The notes: generated by a model from the sequence alone, not told the origin. A DNA stretch of 64,000 bases from Anaerolineae bacterium (GCA_034433515.1 DAOUAL010000065.1:6688-70687), one strand, 5' to 3'; counted from the first letter of the stretch, positions 45,566-55,557 are shown. Program-made: numbers and translations.

Positions 45566-46450
45566 TTATCCTTCCTTTGTACCGAACAAACCTTGCGGTC
45601 TAAAAATCAAAACCAGGAGAAACAGAACGAGTCCGATGACCTCCTTGTATGTGAGACTGAGAAAATGACCTGTTGCCGATTCGGTCAAGCCCAGGATGAT
45701 GCCACCCACAAAAGTTCCCGTAATGCTGCCCAAACCGCCCAGCACCATCACGACCAAACTTTTGAGCGTCCAACTCATCCCCATCCCCGGATCAATCGAA
45801 TAGCCCACGCTGACTAGCGTGCCGGCTATCCCCGCCAAAGCGGCGCCCATCACAAACGACAAGAGAGAGACCTGTTGAATGTCAATCCCCATCAACGTGG
45901 CGGCTTCCCAGTTTTCAACGGTGGCACGCAACGCTTTGCCGGTGTAGGTTCGGCGCAAGAACAGTTGCAAGCCAACGATCAGTACGAACGCGATGACCAT
46001 GCTGGCAACCCGGACGAGCGGGAAACGCACCTCCGCCAAAGTGAATACAGCGCCAGAATACGATGCTGTGATGCTCCGCGTGTCTGCCGTCCAAAGCCGA
46101 AGGGCGATATTCTGCAAAATCAGCGATAGCCCAAAGCCGACCAGGAGGGTGTTTTGTATCTTGACTCCTTCGGTGAGTTTGACCATCCGACTAAAGAGCA
46201 ATCTGTAGAAAATCGCTCCGATCACGAACAACGAGACAATCGCCATGGGCAGAGAAACAAAGGGGTCAATTTTCCAAAGTGTAAAGAGCCAGAAACTGAC
46301 ATAGCCCCCTAACATCAAGAATTCGCCGTGGGCAACATTGAGAAATTTGGTAACGCCAAACACCAGGGATAGGCCGACTGCCGCCAAGCCGTACAACGCG
46401 CCCATTAGAATTCCGTAAACCAAGTTTTGAGCGAGACCTTCAAACATCAT
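45566..46450 (-). CDS. HAAT-family ABC permease (LivH-type)
   Basis: 294 aa polytopic; FLNVAHGEFLMLG motif. Confidence 0.85.
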   Translation of the reverse strand: MMFEGLAQNLVYGILMGALYGLAAVGLSLVFGVTKFLNVAHGEFLMLGGYVSFWLFTLWKIDPFVSLPMAIVSLFVIGAIFYRLLFSRMVKLTEGVKIQNTLLVGFGLSLILQNIALRLWTADTRSITASYSGAVFTLAEVRFPLVRVASMVIAFVLIVGLQLFLRRTYTGKALRATVENWEAATLMGIDIQQVSLLSFVMGAALAGIAGTLVSVGYSIDPGMGMSWTLKSLVVMVLGGLGSITGTFVGGIILGLTESATGHFLSLTYKEVIGLVLFLLVLIFRPQGLFGTKEG

Positions 46451-47157
46451 TGGGAATCTCCTAGGTACGCACTGCGGACAGATTCGAAGGACAACAGGTC
46501 ATCGCCAGTCCCTTGCCCAACGATCCGACCGTTCTCGATCACGTACGCCCGGTTCGTTAATTCCAAAGCCGCCCGGACGTTTTGTTCGATCAATAAGACG
46601 GTTACGCCTTGCCGATTGATTTCCTTGATCATCTGAAACATTTGCTCGACCAGAATCGGCGCGAGACCGAACGAAGGTTCATCCAGCATCAAGAGTCTGG
46701 GCTTGGACATTAACGCTCTGCCGATGGCGAGCATTTGGCGTTCGCCGCCGCTCAGTGTGCCCGCGCGTTGATGTTTGCGTTCTTCCAGTCGTGGAAAGAT
46801 GCTGTACACCCACTTGAGGGTTTCGTCTTTCGCCTTCCGAGCTTGTGCAACGAATGCCCCCAATTCCAGATTTTCCAAGACACTCATCGCGGTAAAGATC
46901 TTGCCGCCTTCAAGCACCTGAGAGATGCCCAGTTCTACAATTTTGTGCGCTGGCATTTTGCCCAGATCGTTTCCATCGAAAATAACACTGCCTGCGGCGG
47001 GCTTGAGCAATCCGCTGATGATGCGCAACGTCGTGGTCTTGCCAGCGCCGTTGGGTCCTACCAAGGCAACCAGTTCTCCGTCGTTGACTTGCATCGAAAT
47101 GCCCCATAGCGCTTGGAGGTCTTCGTAATAGGCGTCAATGGCTTCGAGTTTAAGCAT
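46447..47157 (-). CDS. ABC ATP-binding protein (LivF-type)
   Basis: Walker A GPNGAGKTT, signature LSGGERQ, Walker B LLMLDEPS. Confidence 0.9.
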   Translation of the reverse strand: MLKLEAIDAYYEDLQALWGISMQVNDGELVALVGPNGAGKTTTLRIISGLLKPAAGSVIFDGNDLGKMPAHKIVELGISQVLEGGKIFTAMSVLENLELGAFVAQARKAKDETLKWVYSIFPRLEERKHQRAGTLSGGERQMLAIGRALMSKPRLLMLDEPSFGLAPILVEQMFQMIKEINRQGVTVLLIEQNVRAALELTNRAYVIENGRIVGQGTGDDLLSFESVRSAYLGDSQ

Positions 47158-47878
47158 GCGCCCTCCCTAGATAAACATCAATGACTTGGGGGTTATGGAT
47201 GATCTCGTTGGGCGAACCTTCCGCAATCTTCGCGCCCATGTTCAGCACGACGACACGATCCGATAATCCGCAAATCACCTTGACAATGTGTTCTACCATC
47301 AAGATGGTTATCCCAGCATCCCGGATCTGCCGGATCAAGGCACACGCGTCATCGGCTTCTTTGGGATTCAGCCCTGCCATCAACTCATCCAACAAAAGCA
47401 GTTTCGGTTTGGCTGCCAACGCGCGCGCTAATTCCAAACGCTTGCGTTGCATCAGCGTGAGGTCTTTGGCAAGCATTTTGGCTTTATCTGCCAACCCCAC
47501 GCGTTCCAAACTTGCCATGGCTTGTTGGGACGCCGCTTTCAGACTGCGGTTCGCTTCTCTGCCGTACACACTGCCGACCATCACATTTTGCAGCGCGGTG
47601 AAATCGAGGAAGGGTTTGACCAACTGAAATGTCCGCGCAATCCCCTTGGCACACATCTGACTGCGCGGCTTGCCAGTAATGTTTTCTCCGCCATACAGCA
47701 CCGTTCCAGAATCCGGTTTCAGAAAACCGGTCAACAGGTTCAACAGTGTGGTCTTGCCCGATCCATTGGGTCCAATGAGACCAACAATCTCGCCTTCACT
47801 AACATCAAACGTTACGTCGTTGACGGCTTTCAGTCCCCCGAAGGATTTGCTCAACCCTTCGATTTTCAACAAGTGCAT
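47150..47878 (-). CDS. ABC ATP-binding protein (LivG-type)
   Basis: Walker A GPNGSGKTT, Walker B LLLLDE, C-terminal LivG-type tail. Confidence 0.9.
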   Translation of the reverse strand: MHLLKIEGLSKSFGGLKAVNDVTFDVSEGEIVGLIGPNGSGKTTLLNLLTGFLKPDSGTVLYGGENITGKPRSQMCAKGIARTFQLVKPFLDFTALQNVMVGSVYGREANRSLKAASQQAMASLERVGLADKAKMLAKDLTLMQRKRLELARALAAKPKLLLLDELMAGLNPKEADDACALIRQIRDAGITILMVEHIVKVICGLSDRVVVLNMGAKIAEGSPNEIIHNPQVIDVYLGRAHA

Positions 47879-47937
47879 TTTTCCTCCCCATTGAGAAGTT
47901 ACGTTTGGATCTTTTGGCAGAGCCGAACAGGATGTCT

Positions 47938-48186
47938 CTATGATTCTTTGGGTTGCTTTTCTTCACCGGAGGGTGTTGGCTGGGCGGCCCCAGCTTGCGC
48001 TTTAAATTCCGATTCTTCAACGTAGATGATCGCTTGTACCGGGCAGTTGGCTTCGCAGGTTCCGCACTCGACACAAAGTGTTACGTTGATATGGGATTGT
48101 GTTTCACCTTCGGTGATGGCGTTACTCTGGCAACCAGCGACACACGCTCCGCACAAGATACATTCCGCTGTAACTACATATGGCAT
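47938..48186 (-). CDS. 2x[4Fe-4S] ferredoxin
   Basis: CILCGACVAGC and CVECGTCEANCP; 82 aa. Confidence 0.8.
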   Translation of the reverse strand: MPYVVTAECILCGACVAGCQSNAITEGETQSHINVTLCVECGTCEANCPVQAIIYVEESEFKAQAGAAQPTPSGEEKQPKES

Positions 48187-48222
48187 TTGCTTACTCCCAT
48201 CTATTTTTAGCAGGTTGCCATG

Positions 48223-48987
48223 CTATCCCATATAAACGCCCTGCCGATCAATGACCTCGCGGATCAAGCGTAATTGCTCCGCGGTCGGCGGCTCGGTAAA
48301 CGGAATATGCGCCGGCACCTGTGGTGTAAATCCCATTGTCTTCAAAACATCGTCTAACGTATTCCCAGGATGGATCGAAATAATCGTCATTTGTTTTGTC
48401 AAGGGGTCGAAACCGAAAATTGCCTTGTCGGTGATCACACGGCTGGGACCACCGGACAGACCCACGCGTATGCGACTATCTCCGCCCTCCAGATAACCCG
48501 GGCTTGTGATGAACGCGATGGTTTGCCTGAGTTTGCGTGCTTCGTGGCGTATGATAATGACCGTCTTTTTTGCCAACGATGCAATATCGTTCGCGCCACC
48601 ACTTCCAATCATATGCCGGAATTTTCCGCGCGGGTCACCAACCAGGGTCGTGTTCAGGTTTCCGTACTGATCAACTTCCAACCCACCGAGAAAGCCAACA
48701 TCCACGCGACCTTTGTGGAGCACCGTGCCCAGAATGTCCGTGAAACTGCTCAACACTTTGGCGCGATACCACACTCGCGGGTCTGCCAGCCCCACGCCGG
48801 TTTCAATCGGTTCGGCATCAATCACACCCAGTTCGAACAACATGGTCATATGGGGTGCGTGCGTCTGTTTTGCGAGAAATGTTGCCACGACGGGCAAGCC
48901 CAACCCCACGGCGACGATTTGGTGATCCTGCAATTCACGCGCGCCGGCAACTGCCATCAATTCAGAATGTGTATATTCAAGACCCAT
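48223..48987 (-). CDS. CoA-transferase subunit B (glutaconate/3-oxoacid CoA-transferase family)
   Basis: ..MLFELGV.., GSGGANDIA motif; follows subunit A gene. Confidence 0.8.
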   Translation of the reverse strand: MGLEYTHSELMAVAGARELQDHQIVAVGLGLPVVATFLAKQTHAPHMTMLFELGVIDAEPIETGVGLADPRVWYRAKVLSSFTDILGTVLHKGRVDVGFLGGLEVDQYGNLNTTLVGDPRGKFRHMIGSGGANDIASLAKKTVIIIRHEARKLRQTIAFITSPGYLEGGDSRIRVGLSGGPSRVITDKAIFGFDPLTKQMTIISIHPGNTLDDVLKTMGFTPQVPAHIPFTEPPTAEQLRLIREVIDRQGVYMG

Positions 48988-48999
48988 AGGTGACCTCCA

Positions 49000-49899
49000 T
49001 CAATAACCCAGGATCGGATCGGCGCGTAAACCATTCAAGTGCTTCATTCCACCCACCAGTTCAAGATACTCCCAATGATCCTTTGTGCCGTACACATATT
49101 TGTCGAGGTATGCCTTGAGATTTTCCGGCGTGCTAGTGCCTTCGACATACTTGACGATTTCCTCGGTATCATAGTCATAGCAACGATACACCGACGTGGG
49201 ATGCGCCGCGAAAGGCAATTGCACAACATGCGAAACAAGAAAACCCGGAATCGCTACTTGTTCTGGTGTGCGACGGGTCATCTCGACCGAAACCAATTCT
49301 TCGGTAAGGATAATCGTACGCTGGGCGGCTCTGGCTTGTTCCACGTTATCCCAGCGTGGACCCAGGATGATCGCATTGCCTTCCTCATCGGCTTGTTGCA
49401 CCTGGACGATGGCAACATCCGGTATCAACGGCTTGAGCGCGAGCCATTGCTCGCCGGTGAACGGATCGTCAATCATCGCGACGTGCGACGCGTCTTGTTC
49501 TTGCAATCGTTTGAGCAGGTCTGATCCCTTGAGCGAGCGAATTGGAATGAAGGGCAAGCCCAGCGACCCGGCGAGATAACGAAAAGTAATCGAAAGACTG
49601 CTGTATTCTTCCGCGATGAGCGTACCATTTTCAATCGCGCGATTTACACAAGCCAATCGTCCAAAACGATCTAGTGAGCCGCCACCGTAGATGAGACGTT
49701 CCACCGCCCCCGCACCTACCAAGAGATCGCCATCCATCGCGCCAACACAGTGCGAGATCGTCAATCCTTTGATGCCTTGACGAATGACCTCGCGCGCAAA
49801 TGCCATATTGCAGCGCGTGATGGCAAATCCAGACAAGGCAATGTGTGAGCCGGACGGGATTGATGCGACTGCTTCAGCAAGCGTTGTAACTTTGGACAC
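49000..49899 (-). CDS. CoA-transferase subunit A
   Basis: LAEAVASIPSGSHIALSGF.., GctA-like N-terminus. Confidence 0.8.
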   Translation of the reverse strand: MSKVTTLAEAVASIPSGSHIALSGFAITRCNMAFAREVIRQGIKGLTISHCVGAMDGDLLVGAGAVERLIYGGGSLDRFGRLACVNRAIENGTLIAEEYSSLSITFRYLAGSLGLPFIPIRSLKGSDLLKRLQEQDASHVAMIDDPFTGEQWLALKPLIPDVAIVQVQQADEEGNAIILGPRWDNVEQARAAQRTIILTEELVSVEMTRRTPEQVAIPGFLVSHVVQLPFAAHPTSVYRCYDYDTEEIVKYVEGTSTPENLKAYLDKYVYGTKDHWEYLELVGGMKHLNGLRADPILGY

Positions 49900-49908
49900 G
49901 CACGCCTC

Positions 49909-50373
49909 CTATCTCAACACGGGTCGTTGTTCAAAGGTAACCAGCAACAAATGGCAGCCGTCTGCTTCCACTTTGATTTCGGCGGGTTCCACTGGACGAT
50001 CTAATTTTTCCTCGATCGCAAAAGCGATGAGATTGGCTGGCACACACGTGAATGGCGGGATGTCATATTGCGCCAAACGCTCCTCGACGGCGCGGTGAAT
50101 ACACCCTTCCACTTGGACACGCAGGAGACGCCCCTCTTCGACGAAAGAAATTTTGGCGACAATGCCCTCATCCTTCAACGCTTTTTCGATGGCGCGAATA
50201 AAATCGCTGATCTCGTTCGTTGTGAGTTGGGGCAACACTTGGGATTTGAAATGTTCACGCCCAACCGAGACGGTGCGAAAGCGTGCGCCCAAGCCGCGTT
50301 CGTCCCAGAACGCTTTTTGGAGATCGAACATCAAATCGTTTGCATAATTTTGGGGAATGGATGGGTTACTCAT
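49909..50373 (-). CDS. Hypothetical protein (weak V4R/hydrocarbon-binding-like resemblance)
   Basis: 154-aa ORF tightly packed in operon (4-nt overlap upstream); function not recognised. Confidence 0.5.
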   Translation of the reverse strand: MSNPSIPQNYANDLMFDLQKAFWDERGLGARFRTVSVGREHFKSQVLPQLTTNEISDFIRAIEKALKDEGIVAKISFVEEGRLLRVQVEGCIHRAVEERLAQYDIPPFTCVPANLIAFAIEEKLDRPVEPAEIKVEADGCHLLLVTFEQRPVLR

Positions 50374-51056
50374 GCTTGCCCCTCTTCTGGTTTTTTGTAA
50401 TACGGCACACTGAACTTTTCCCTAAAGACCAACTCGTGAATTGGCAAGCGTGGACGCGGGCGATGCGGTCGCACCGGATGACCCAGTGCAATGATGCTGA
50501 CGGCTTTGTATCCTTCCGGGATGTCGAACAAGGCTTTGACGCGCTCTTCATCGCGGACATCAATACACGGGGCAATGACCCAGCATGCGCCCAAGCCCAA
50601 CGCCGCGATCATCAACAACATATTTTCGATGGCGGCGGAAACATCGTAGGGCATGTCCCAGACATGCTTTTTGCCGCAGACAATGATATTGACCGGCGCG
50701 TCTGCCAAGAATGCCGACACCGAACCCGACGTCAGTTTTTCGAACGCCGCCTTTTTCTTTGCTTCGTCTTTCAGGTTGGCAAAACGTTCCTGCATCTTTT
50801 GCGTCACAAACTCGGCGGTGAAACGACGCCCGCTTCCGCCGCCGGCAATCGCCCCCAGTTTCTTGCGTGCTTCCGGGTCTTTGACGATGATGAACCGCCA
50901 CGGTTGTGCGTCTTCGCCGGAGGGGGCTTGGCGACCCATTTCCAAAATCAGATCCAAGTCTTGGTCCGAAACCGGCTCTTGGGTATAATCGCGAATACTG
51001 CGACGATCCAAAATGATTTTCTTCGCCGCTTCGACTAGATTAAACGTCTCAGTCAT
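50370..51056 (-). CDS. Nitroreductase-family flavoprotein
   Basis: RRSIRDYT..PVS...L..IL...R.APSG...QPWRFI.V motif. Confidence 0.85.
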   Translation of the reverse strand: MTETFNLVEAAKKIILDRRSIRDYTQEPVSDQDLDLILEMGRQAPSGEDAQPWRFIIVKDPEARKKLGAIAGGGSGRRFTAEFVTQKMQERFANLKDEAKKKAAFEKLTSGSVSAFLADAPVNIIVCGKKHVWDMPYDVSAAIENMLLMIAALGLGACWVIAPCIDVRDEERVKALFDIPEGYKAVSIIALGHPVRPHRPRPRLPIHELVFREKFSVPYYKKPEEGQA

Positions 51057-51308
51057 TTATTCCTCCTTGAATGTTATTTCGATTGACCCGCCCGACACCG
51101 GTGGGAAAAAGCATAAACGACACGTTGTCGGCACGAGATCGTCTAATTCCTTTTGCACACCATTGATCACAATCAGTCCAACCGCGTCGGGATTCAAACC
51201 GAGTTGGGCGATCACTTGACGGGCCGGCGTCGCCTGCTCGAGTATGAGCGTTTGTCTTCGGGGCAGATCGGGCAATAATCCACCGAATAATTCGATCTCG
51301 ACAGCCAA
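51057..51308 (-). CDS. MoaD/ThiS-family ubiquitin-fold protein with 9-aa extension beyond the Gly-Gly
   Basis: ..VINGV....D.V......L.FFPPVSGG followed by SIEITFKEE; tail codons carry the RBS of the next gene. Confidence 0.65.
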   Translation of the reverse strand: MAVEIELFGGLLPDLPRRQTLILEQATPARQVIAQLGLNPDAVGLIVINGVQKELDDLVPTTCRLCFFPPVSGGSIEITFKEE

Positions 51309-51316
51309 GCGATCAC

Positions 51317-53026
51317 CTAAAGCGCAGCAAACACCGCATCCAATTCTGCATCGGGCACGTCAAAGACCGCATTGTGCGGCGGCAGTGGTTCTTCGCGCAT
51401 ATATTCGGGAATGCGATAATCTGCCGATGTGAAACCCGCGCGGCGATTGAATTCCAATTCTGTTCGCAACACATCGCGATGTGCGCGATCCGCATCCTCT
51501 TTTGTCCAACCCCAACCGTAAATGCCGTTGATCATATCAACCAACAATTGCGGATCGGCGAGGATGGGCGGGCGCGCGAACAGACACAAGCCGGTGCTAT
51601 CGAGCATGGCGGCGGTGATTTGCAACTTGAGCGATAATTCTTTTTGTCCTTGCACCGCGAGTGGATTGACTTCTTTGCGAGCCCCGAACGCGTTCCCGGC
51701 GGTGTGATCCGCCCCTTGCGGCGAGGTGGCGTACGTTACGCCGTTGCCTTTGAGACTACGCGGATCGTACCCTGGTATCGCTTGACCTAGCACCGCGGGC
51801 ACGCGCCGGATTCCCAGAATGCGCCCGGTAACAACGGCACCATTACCGAGCATACGACCCACGATGGTACCTTCGCCAACTTGTTTCAACAACGCAAAGA
51901 TGCTTGCTGGATCCCCAAACTTGGCAAGCCCAGCTTCGATCGCCACGCCGATGGCCGCACCCGTTTCAATTGTGTCCAAACCGAAATCGTTGCACAGGTA
52001 ATTCAGTCTGGCAATGTCATCCAGATTATCCAAGCCAAGGTTTGAGCCGAGCAACGCAATCGTTTCGTACTGCAACGTGCCAACAATCGGCTGTCCTTGT
52101 TCATCCACGTATTGATTGCGGCACGCAATCACGCAACCCGGCATACAATGTGTTCCGATTTTGCCTTCGCGCGCCAGAATCAATTCGCGCAGTTTCTCGC
52201 CGCGCAAATTGGCGGATGCTTCGAAATTTCCGCTCGAAAAATTGCGCGTGGGCAGTGAGCCGATTTCGTTGACCGCCGCGACGATGGAAGCAGTGCCATA
52301 CAAATGTTGTGAACCTTTTTGACCGGTCTTGGGATCGTTAATCAACTCAGTCGCAAAGCGTTTTGAGGCGGTGCGAAAAAGTTCTGCATTGGCGAGTGGC
52401 ACAGAGCCGCGTGCGCGGTCAATGACGATAGCTTTCAAACCTTTACTGCCCATCACAGCACCCAGTCCGCCGCGCGCGGCGTGATTACTGCGTTGATCAC
52501 GTTCGCCGGTGGACGCGATGCTTGCGCCGGTCATCAGATACTCGCCGGCTTGCCCAATCGAAATGACGGTGCTGTCCGCGCCAAATCGTTCTTGCAATTT
52601 ATCCGCGGTTGCGTACGTGCCGAGTCCGTGCAGATCGTCGGCGGGCAAAATTTCTGCCGTGTCGCTACCGATATGCAACAAGTACCACGCGCCGCGCTTG
52701 GCTTGCCCTTCGACAACAATCGCTTTGATTCCGAGTTTTGCCAGCGTATCACCACCGGTGCCGCCGGCATTCGCTTCCTTGATCCCGCCGGTCAGTGGGC
52801 TTTTGGCGCCGACAGACAAGCGTCCCGCCGTCGTTACATTGACTCCTGCGAGCAAGCCGGGCGCAAAAATCAGTTTGTTATGCGGACCCAACGCATCGCA
52901 CGTGGGCGGAACTTCTTCCAGGATTATTTTCGATGTGAGCGCACGACCGCCGAGTCGTTCGTACTTTGCTAGCACCGGCTCAAATTGAGTTTTGAGTTGC
53001 GTCATATGAACGCGAACAAGTTTCAT
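51317..53026 (-). CDS. Aldehyde:ferredoxin oxidoreductase (AOR family, tungsto/molybdopterin)
   Basis: LGGRALTSKI, N.L.FA.G.L.G....GR..V.AKSPLTG, GG.G N-terminal domain; 569 aa. Confidence 0.9.
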   Translation of the reverse strand: MKLVRVHMTQLKTQFEPVLAKYERLGGRALTSKIILEEVPPTCDALGPHNKLIFAPGLLAGVNVTTAGRLSVGAKSPLTGGIKEANAGGTGGDTLAKLGIKAIVVEGQAKRGAWYLLHIGSDTAEILPADDLHGLGTYATADKLQERFGADSTVISIGQAGEYLMTGASIASTGERDQRSNHAARGGLGAVMGSKGLKAIVIDRARGSVPLANAELFRTASKRFATELINDPKTGQKGSQHLYGTASIVAAVNEIGSLPTRNFSSGNFEASANLRGEKLRELILAREGKIGTHCMPGCVIACRNQYVDEQGQPIVGTLQYETIALLGSNLGLDNLDDIARLNYLCNDFGLDTIETGAAIGVAIEAGLAKFGDPASIFALLKQVGEGTIVGRMLGNGAVVTGRILGIRRVPAVLGQAIPGYDPRSLKGNGVTYATSPQGADHTAGNAFGARKEVNPLAVQGQKELSLKLQITAAMLDSTGLCLFARPPILADPQLLVDMINGIYGWGWTKEDADRAHRDVLRTELEFNRRAGFTSADYRIPEYMREEPLPPHNAVFDVPDAELDAVFAAL

Positions 53027-53195
53027 CAATCCTCCGATATAGAACGACGCGGAACATCCGCCGCGATGAGTCTATCGCGCGGTTCCGCGCCCTTGTTTCA
53101 GATTCTGTGAGTTGACATCCTTGTCATTAAACCACTTTCCGCAATCTTGATTTGTGATTGAACAAGTTGTGAATCAACACTCGCAACGATTGGGT

Positions 53196-54161
53196 TTACG
53201 GCGGATACGCCACGGTGTAGATATGTTTGCCGCCGTTGAGCGGACCTTTGAGGAGTTCGTCAATTTCTTTGGGATCGCGTTGCGTAACTTTTTCGGTGGG
53301 CGGCAGACAGCCCGGCGGGAATCGGGTCATGATGTCATTAATCAGCCGGCACATGTAATCCATCAGCGCATTCAGTCCCGGCTTAGCTTTTTCGGCATTC
53401 GCCAACGTCGGTCGTCCGATGACGCCTTCGGGATACACTTGCACTTCGGTTCCGCCCAAGCCAACGTGTTCATGTCCTTTGATTGGAAGGTGATACACTT
53501 CGCCACCTTTATCAACGTGACCTGGCGGCAAGAATCCTTCCGGCTTGGTGTCCACCGCAAGATTCATTTGCATGAATTCAGGGAACAGCGCCAGCGAGTA
53601 CGAGGCTTCGACTTCGCAGGCGTGTTGGAACGGTGTCTCGAAGGGTCCGCCGTGCGCCTTGTCCTTGAGGTAATCGTGAATCACGGTGGGCCAATGGAGC
53701 GAAATCAAAATGCACGGCACTTGATATTTCTTTGCCCATTGATGAAGCGCGAGCGGAATCACTTCTTCTTGCCCGTGACCGTTGAGGAAAATTTGTTTGC
53801 GAAAACCCATGTTCCATAACCCGGCGATGATCGCACGCAATTGTCCCAGAAAAATGTCTTCTGGCACAACGATTGTGCCGGGCATCCCCAGATGGTTGTA
53901 CGGGTGCGAACCGTACCACACGGGCTCGGCAATGGTGCACCCCATTTTGAGTGCCACTTGCTCCGCCATGCGCGTGACCAAGAACGTGTCTTCGCCCAGC
54001 GGTTGCGCCGCGCCGTGACATTCCGTACTGCCGACCGGGATGATGATCAAATCGTTTTTCTTGAGTCGTTCATTGATCTCGGTCATGTTCATGGTTTGCA
54101 AATACAAACCGCTAGGCCGTTCCATATGACCGCCGGCGGGGGGAATTTGCCAATCACTCAT
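53196..54161 (-). CDS. Creatininase-family amidohydrolase
   Basis: IIIPVGSTECHG..PLGED motif; ATG 54161 after AAGGAGGG. The ORF-track extension to 54371 overlaps the upstream gene. Confidence 0.8.
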   Translation of the reverse strand: MSDWQIPPAGGHMERPSGLYLQTMNMTEINERLKKNDLIIIPVGSTECHGAAQPLGEDTFLVTRMAEQVALKMGCTIAEPVWYGSHPYNHLGMPGTIVVPEDIFLGQLRAIIAGLWNMGFRKQIFLNGHGQEEVIPLALHQWAKKYQVPCILISLHWPTVIHDYLKDKAHGGPFETPFQHACEVEASYSLALFPEFMQMNLAVDTKPEGFLPPGHVDKGGEVYHLPIKGHEHVGLGGTEVQVYPEGVIGRPTLANAEKAKPGLNALMDYMCRLINDIMTRFPPGCLPPTEKVTQRDPKEIDELLKGPLNGGKHIYTVAYPP

Positions 54162-54255
54162 TGTGCCCTCCTTAGCACATCCTCGAACATTGGGTTTTGC
54201 GCCGTGTCCATTTTGTCCGCCCTGAACGATGGACACGGTGCCGATGTTACTTAAA

Positions 54256-55170
54256 TCAAGCCACCGGGATGCGCATATCGCTGGCGCGCTTGCCGGATTG
54301 TTTGGCTTCGGGATAATACGTGCTGACCATCTCGACGACGATGGCGGCTTGTTCTGCCATGCGCTTACCATCGTTCGCCGAAGTCATTTCGCCGTGACCA
54401 CCGACGACCGAATTGCCGGTCTTGCAGTGCACGGGCGCCGCCACGCGCACGATTTCTGGTGCTTCGTACACGCGAATGAACCCACCCGAGCCGGGAGGAT
54501 TATCGGTGTGAACGTCAATGGGAACTTGGACGGCGGCGCGCAACGCCGCGATCATTGGGATCTGTAGATCGCGCACCGGATTGATGCTATCTGCGCCTAG
54601 ATTCTCCAACAGTTTGAACGAGGCGGGATTACAATGTCCTAGATGGGCTGAACATTTGAAGACGATTTCCTTCGGCAATGCGCCGTCTTTGCGCATCTCA
54701 TTAACGACCCACAACATTCCTTCGTCGTAGATCAAAAAGCCACGCACGCCTAAATCATAGCCGCGCTTGATGTCCTCGATGCCGCGCAACACCTGCTCCA
54801 TCCCGCGCAGACGATAACTGATGCGGACACCCTGTGGCGAGAGAACTGTGGCACCAGTGTCGTACGTGGCACGCGGACCAACCGACATCAGCAACTCGGC
54901 ACCGTACTGATTGCACAGCCGGCAGTACTCTTTGATTTCCTGACGGGTGTGGCGGAACATGCCGTACGTTTCGGTTACACGGTTGATGGTGATGTCCATT
55001 TTGGTCGCGGTGTCCAACAGAGCCGCTACCGCATCGGCGGAATTCACGGTGGGACATTCGATGCGATACGCCGCGCCATCGGGAAAACGTGCCTTGGACG
55101 TGGGCATATCGAACAAATCACCCGGCGGCAGTCCTAACTTTTGAACGTACTTGCGAGTCTCTTCAAACAT
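54256..55170 (-). CDS. Hypothetical protein, family not recognised
   Basis: 304-aa ORF with normal composition, between cupin and creatininase-family genes. Confidence 0.55.
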   Translation of the reverse strand: MFEETRKYVQKLGLPPGDLFDMPTSKARFPDGAAYRIECPTVNSADAVAALLDTATKMDITINRVTETYGMFRHTRQEIKEYCRLCNQYGAELLMSVGPRATYDTGATVLSPQGVRISYRLRGMEQVLRGIEDIKRGYDLGVRGFLIYDEGMLWVVNEMRKDGALPKEIVFKCSAHLGHCNPASFKLLENLGADSINPVRDLQIPMIAALRAAVQVPIDVHTDNPPGSGGFIRVYEAPEIVRVAAPVHCKTGNSVVGGHGEMTSANDGKRMAEQAAIVVEMVSTYYPEAKQSGKRASDMRIPVA

Positions 55171-55194
55171 GGTTTACTCCTTCAAGATTTTGAT

Positions 55195-55557
55195 TCAACC
55201 CATGTGTTGTGGCAACGGCGGGCAATACACCCAGACAATTCTGAGGGGCTCATCGCCGATGTTTTCCACACGATGTTTTTTCCCGATGGGCGAATAAAAG
55301 GCCGTCTCCGGTCCGATCTCCCACTCGCCTTCGCCCTCGATGACGATTTTGGCGCGTCCGCTGATGAGGAACAATACTTCTTCCGATTCGGTATGCACAT
55401 GATCGGGAATCATGCTACCCACTTCGGTGATGTTCATTCCCATCGAAACATTCTTCACGCCGCCGAACTTGGGGGCGAGTAAAAGTTTAGATGTGCGCGG
55501 CGGTATTCGATATTCACCTTCGACGTCCGCGGCTTTGACAAAGGGTACTTGGCTCAT
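55195..55557 (-). CDS. Cupin-domain protein
   Basis: G..IPDHVHTESEEVLFLISG...I....E......A.Y.P.G..H.V.N two-motif cupin signature. Confidence 0.8.
   Translation of the reverse strand: MSQVPFVKAADVEGEYRIPPRTSKLLLAPKFGGVKNVSMGMNITEVGSMIPDHVHTESEEVLFLISGRAKIVIEGEGEWEIGPETAFYSPIGKKHRVENIGDEPLRIVWVYCPPLPQHMG

Noticed and set aside
53155-53176. Imperfect palindrome TGATTGAACAAGTTGTGAATCA upstream of the AOR gene as an internal operator/promoter
   Set aside because: Only 9 of 11 positions are symmetric, and no convincing -35/-10 pair could be placed around it. It is kept as a note only.
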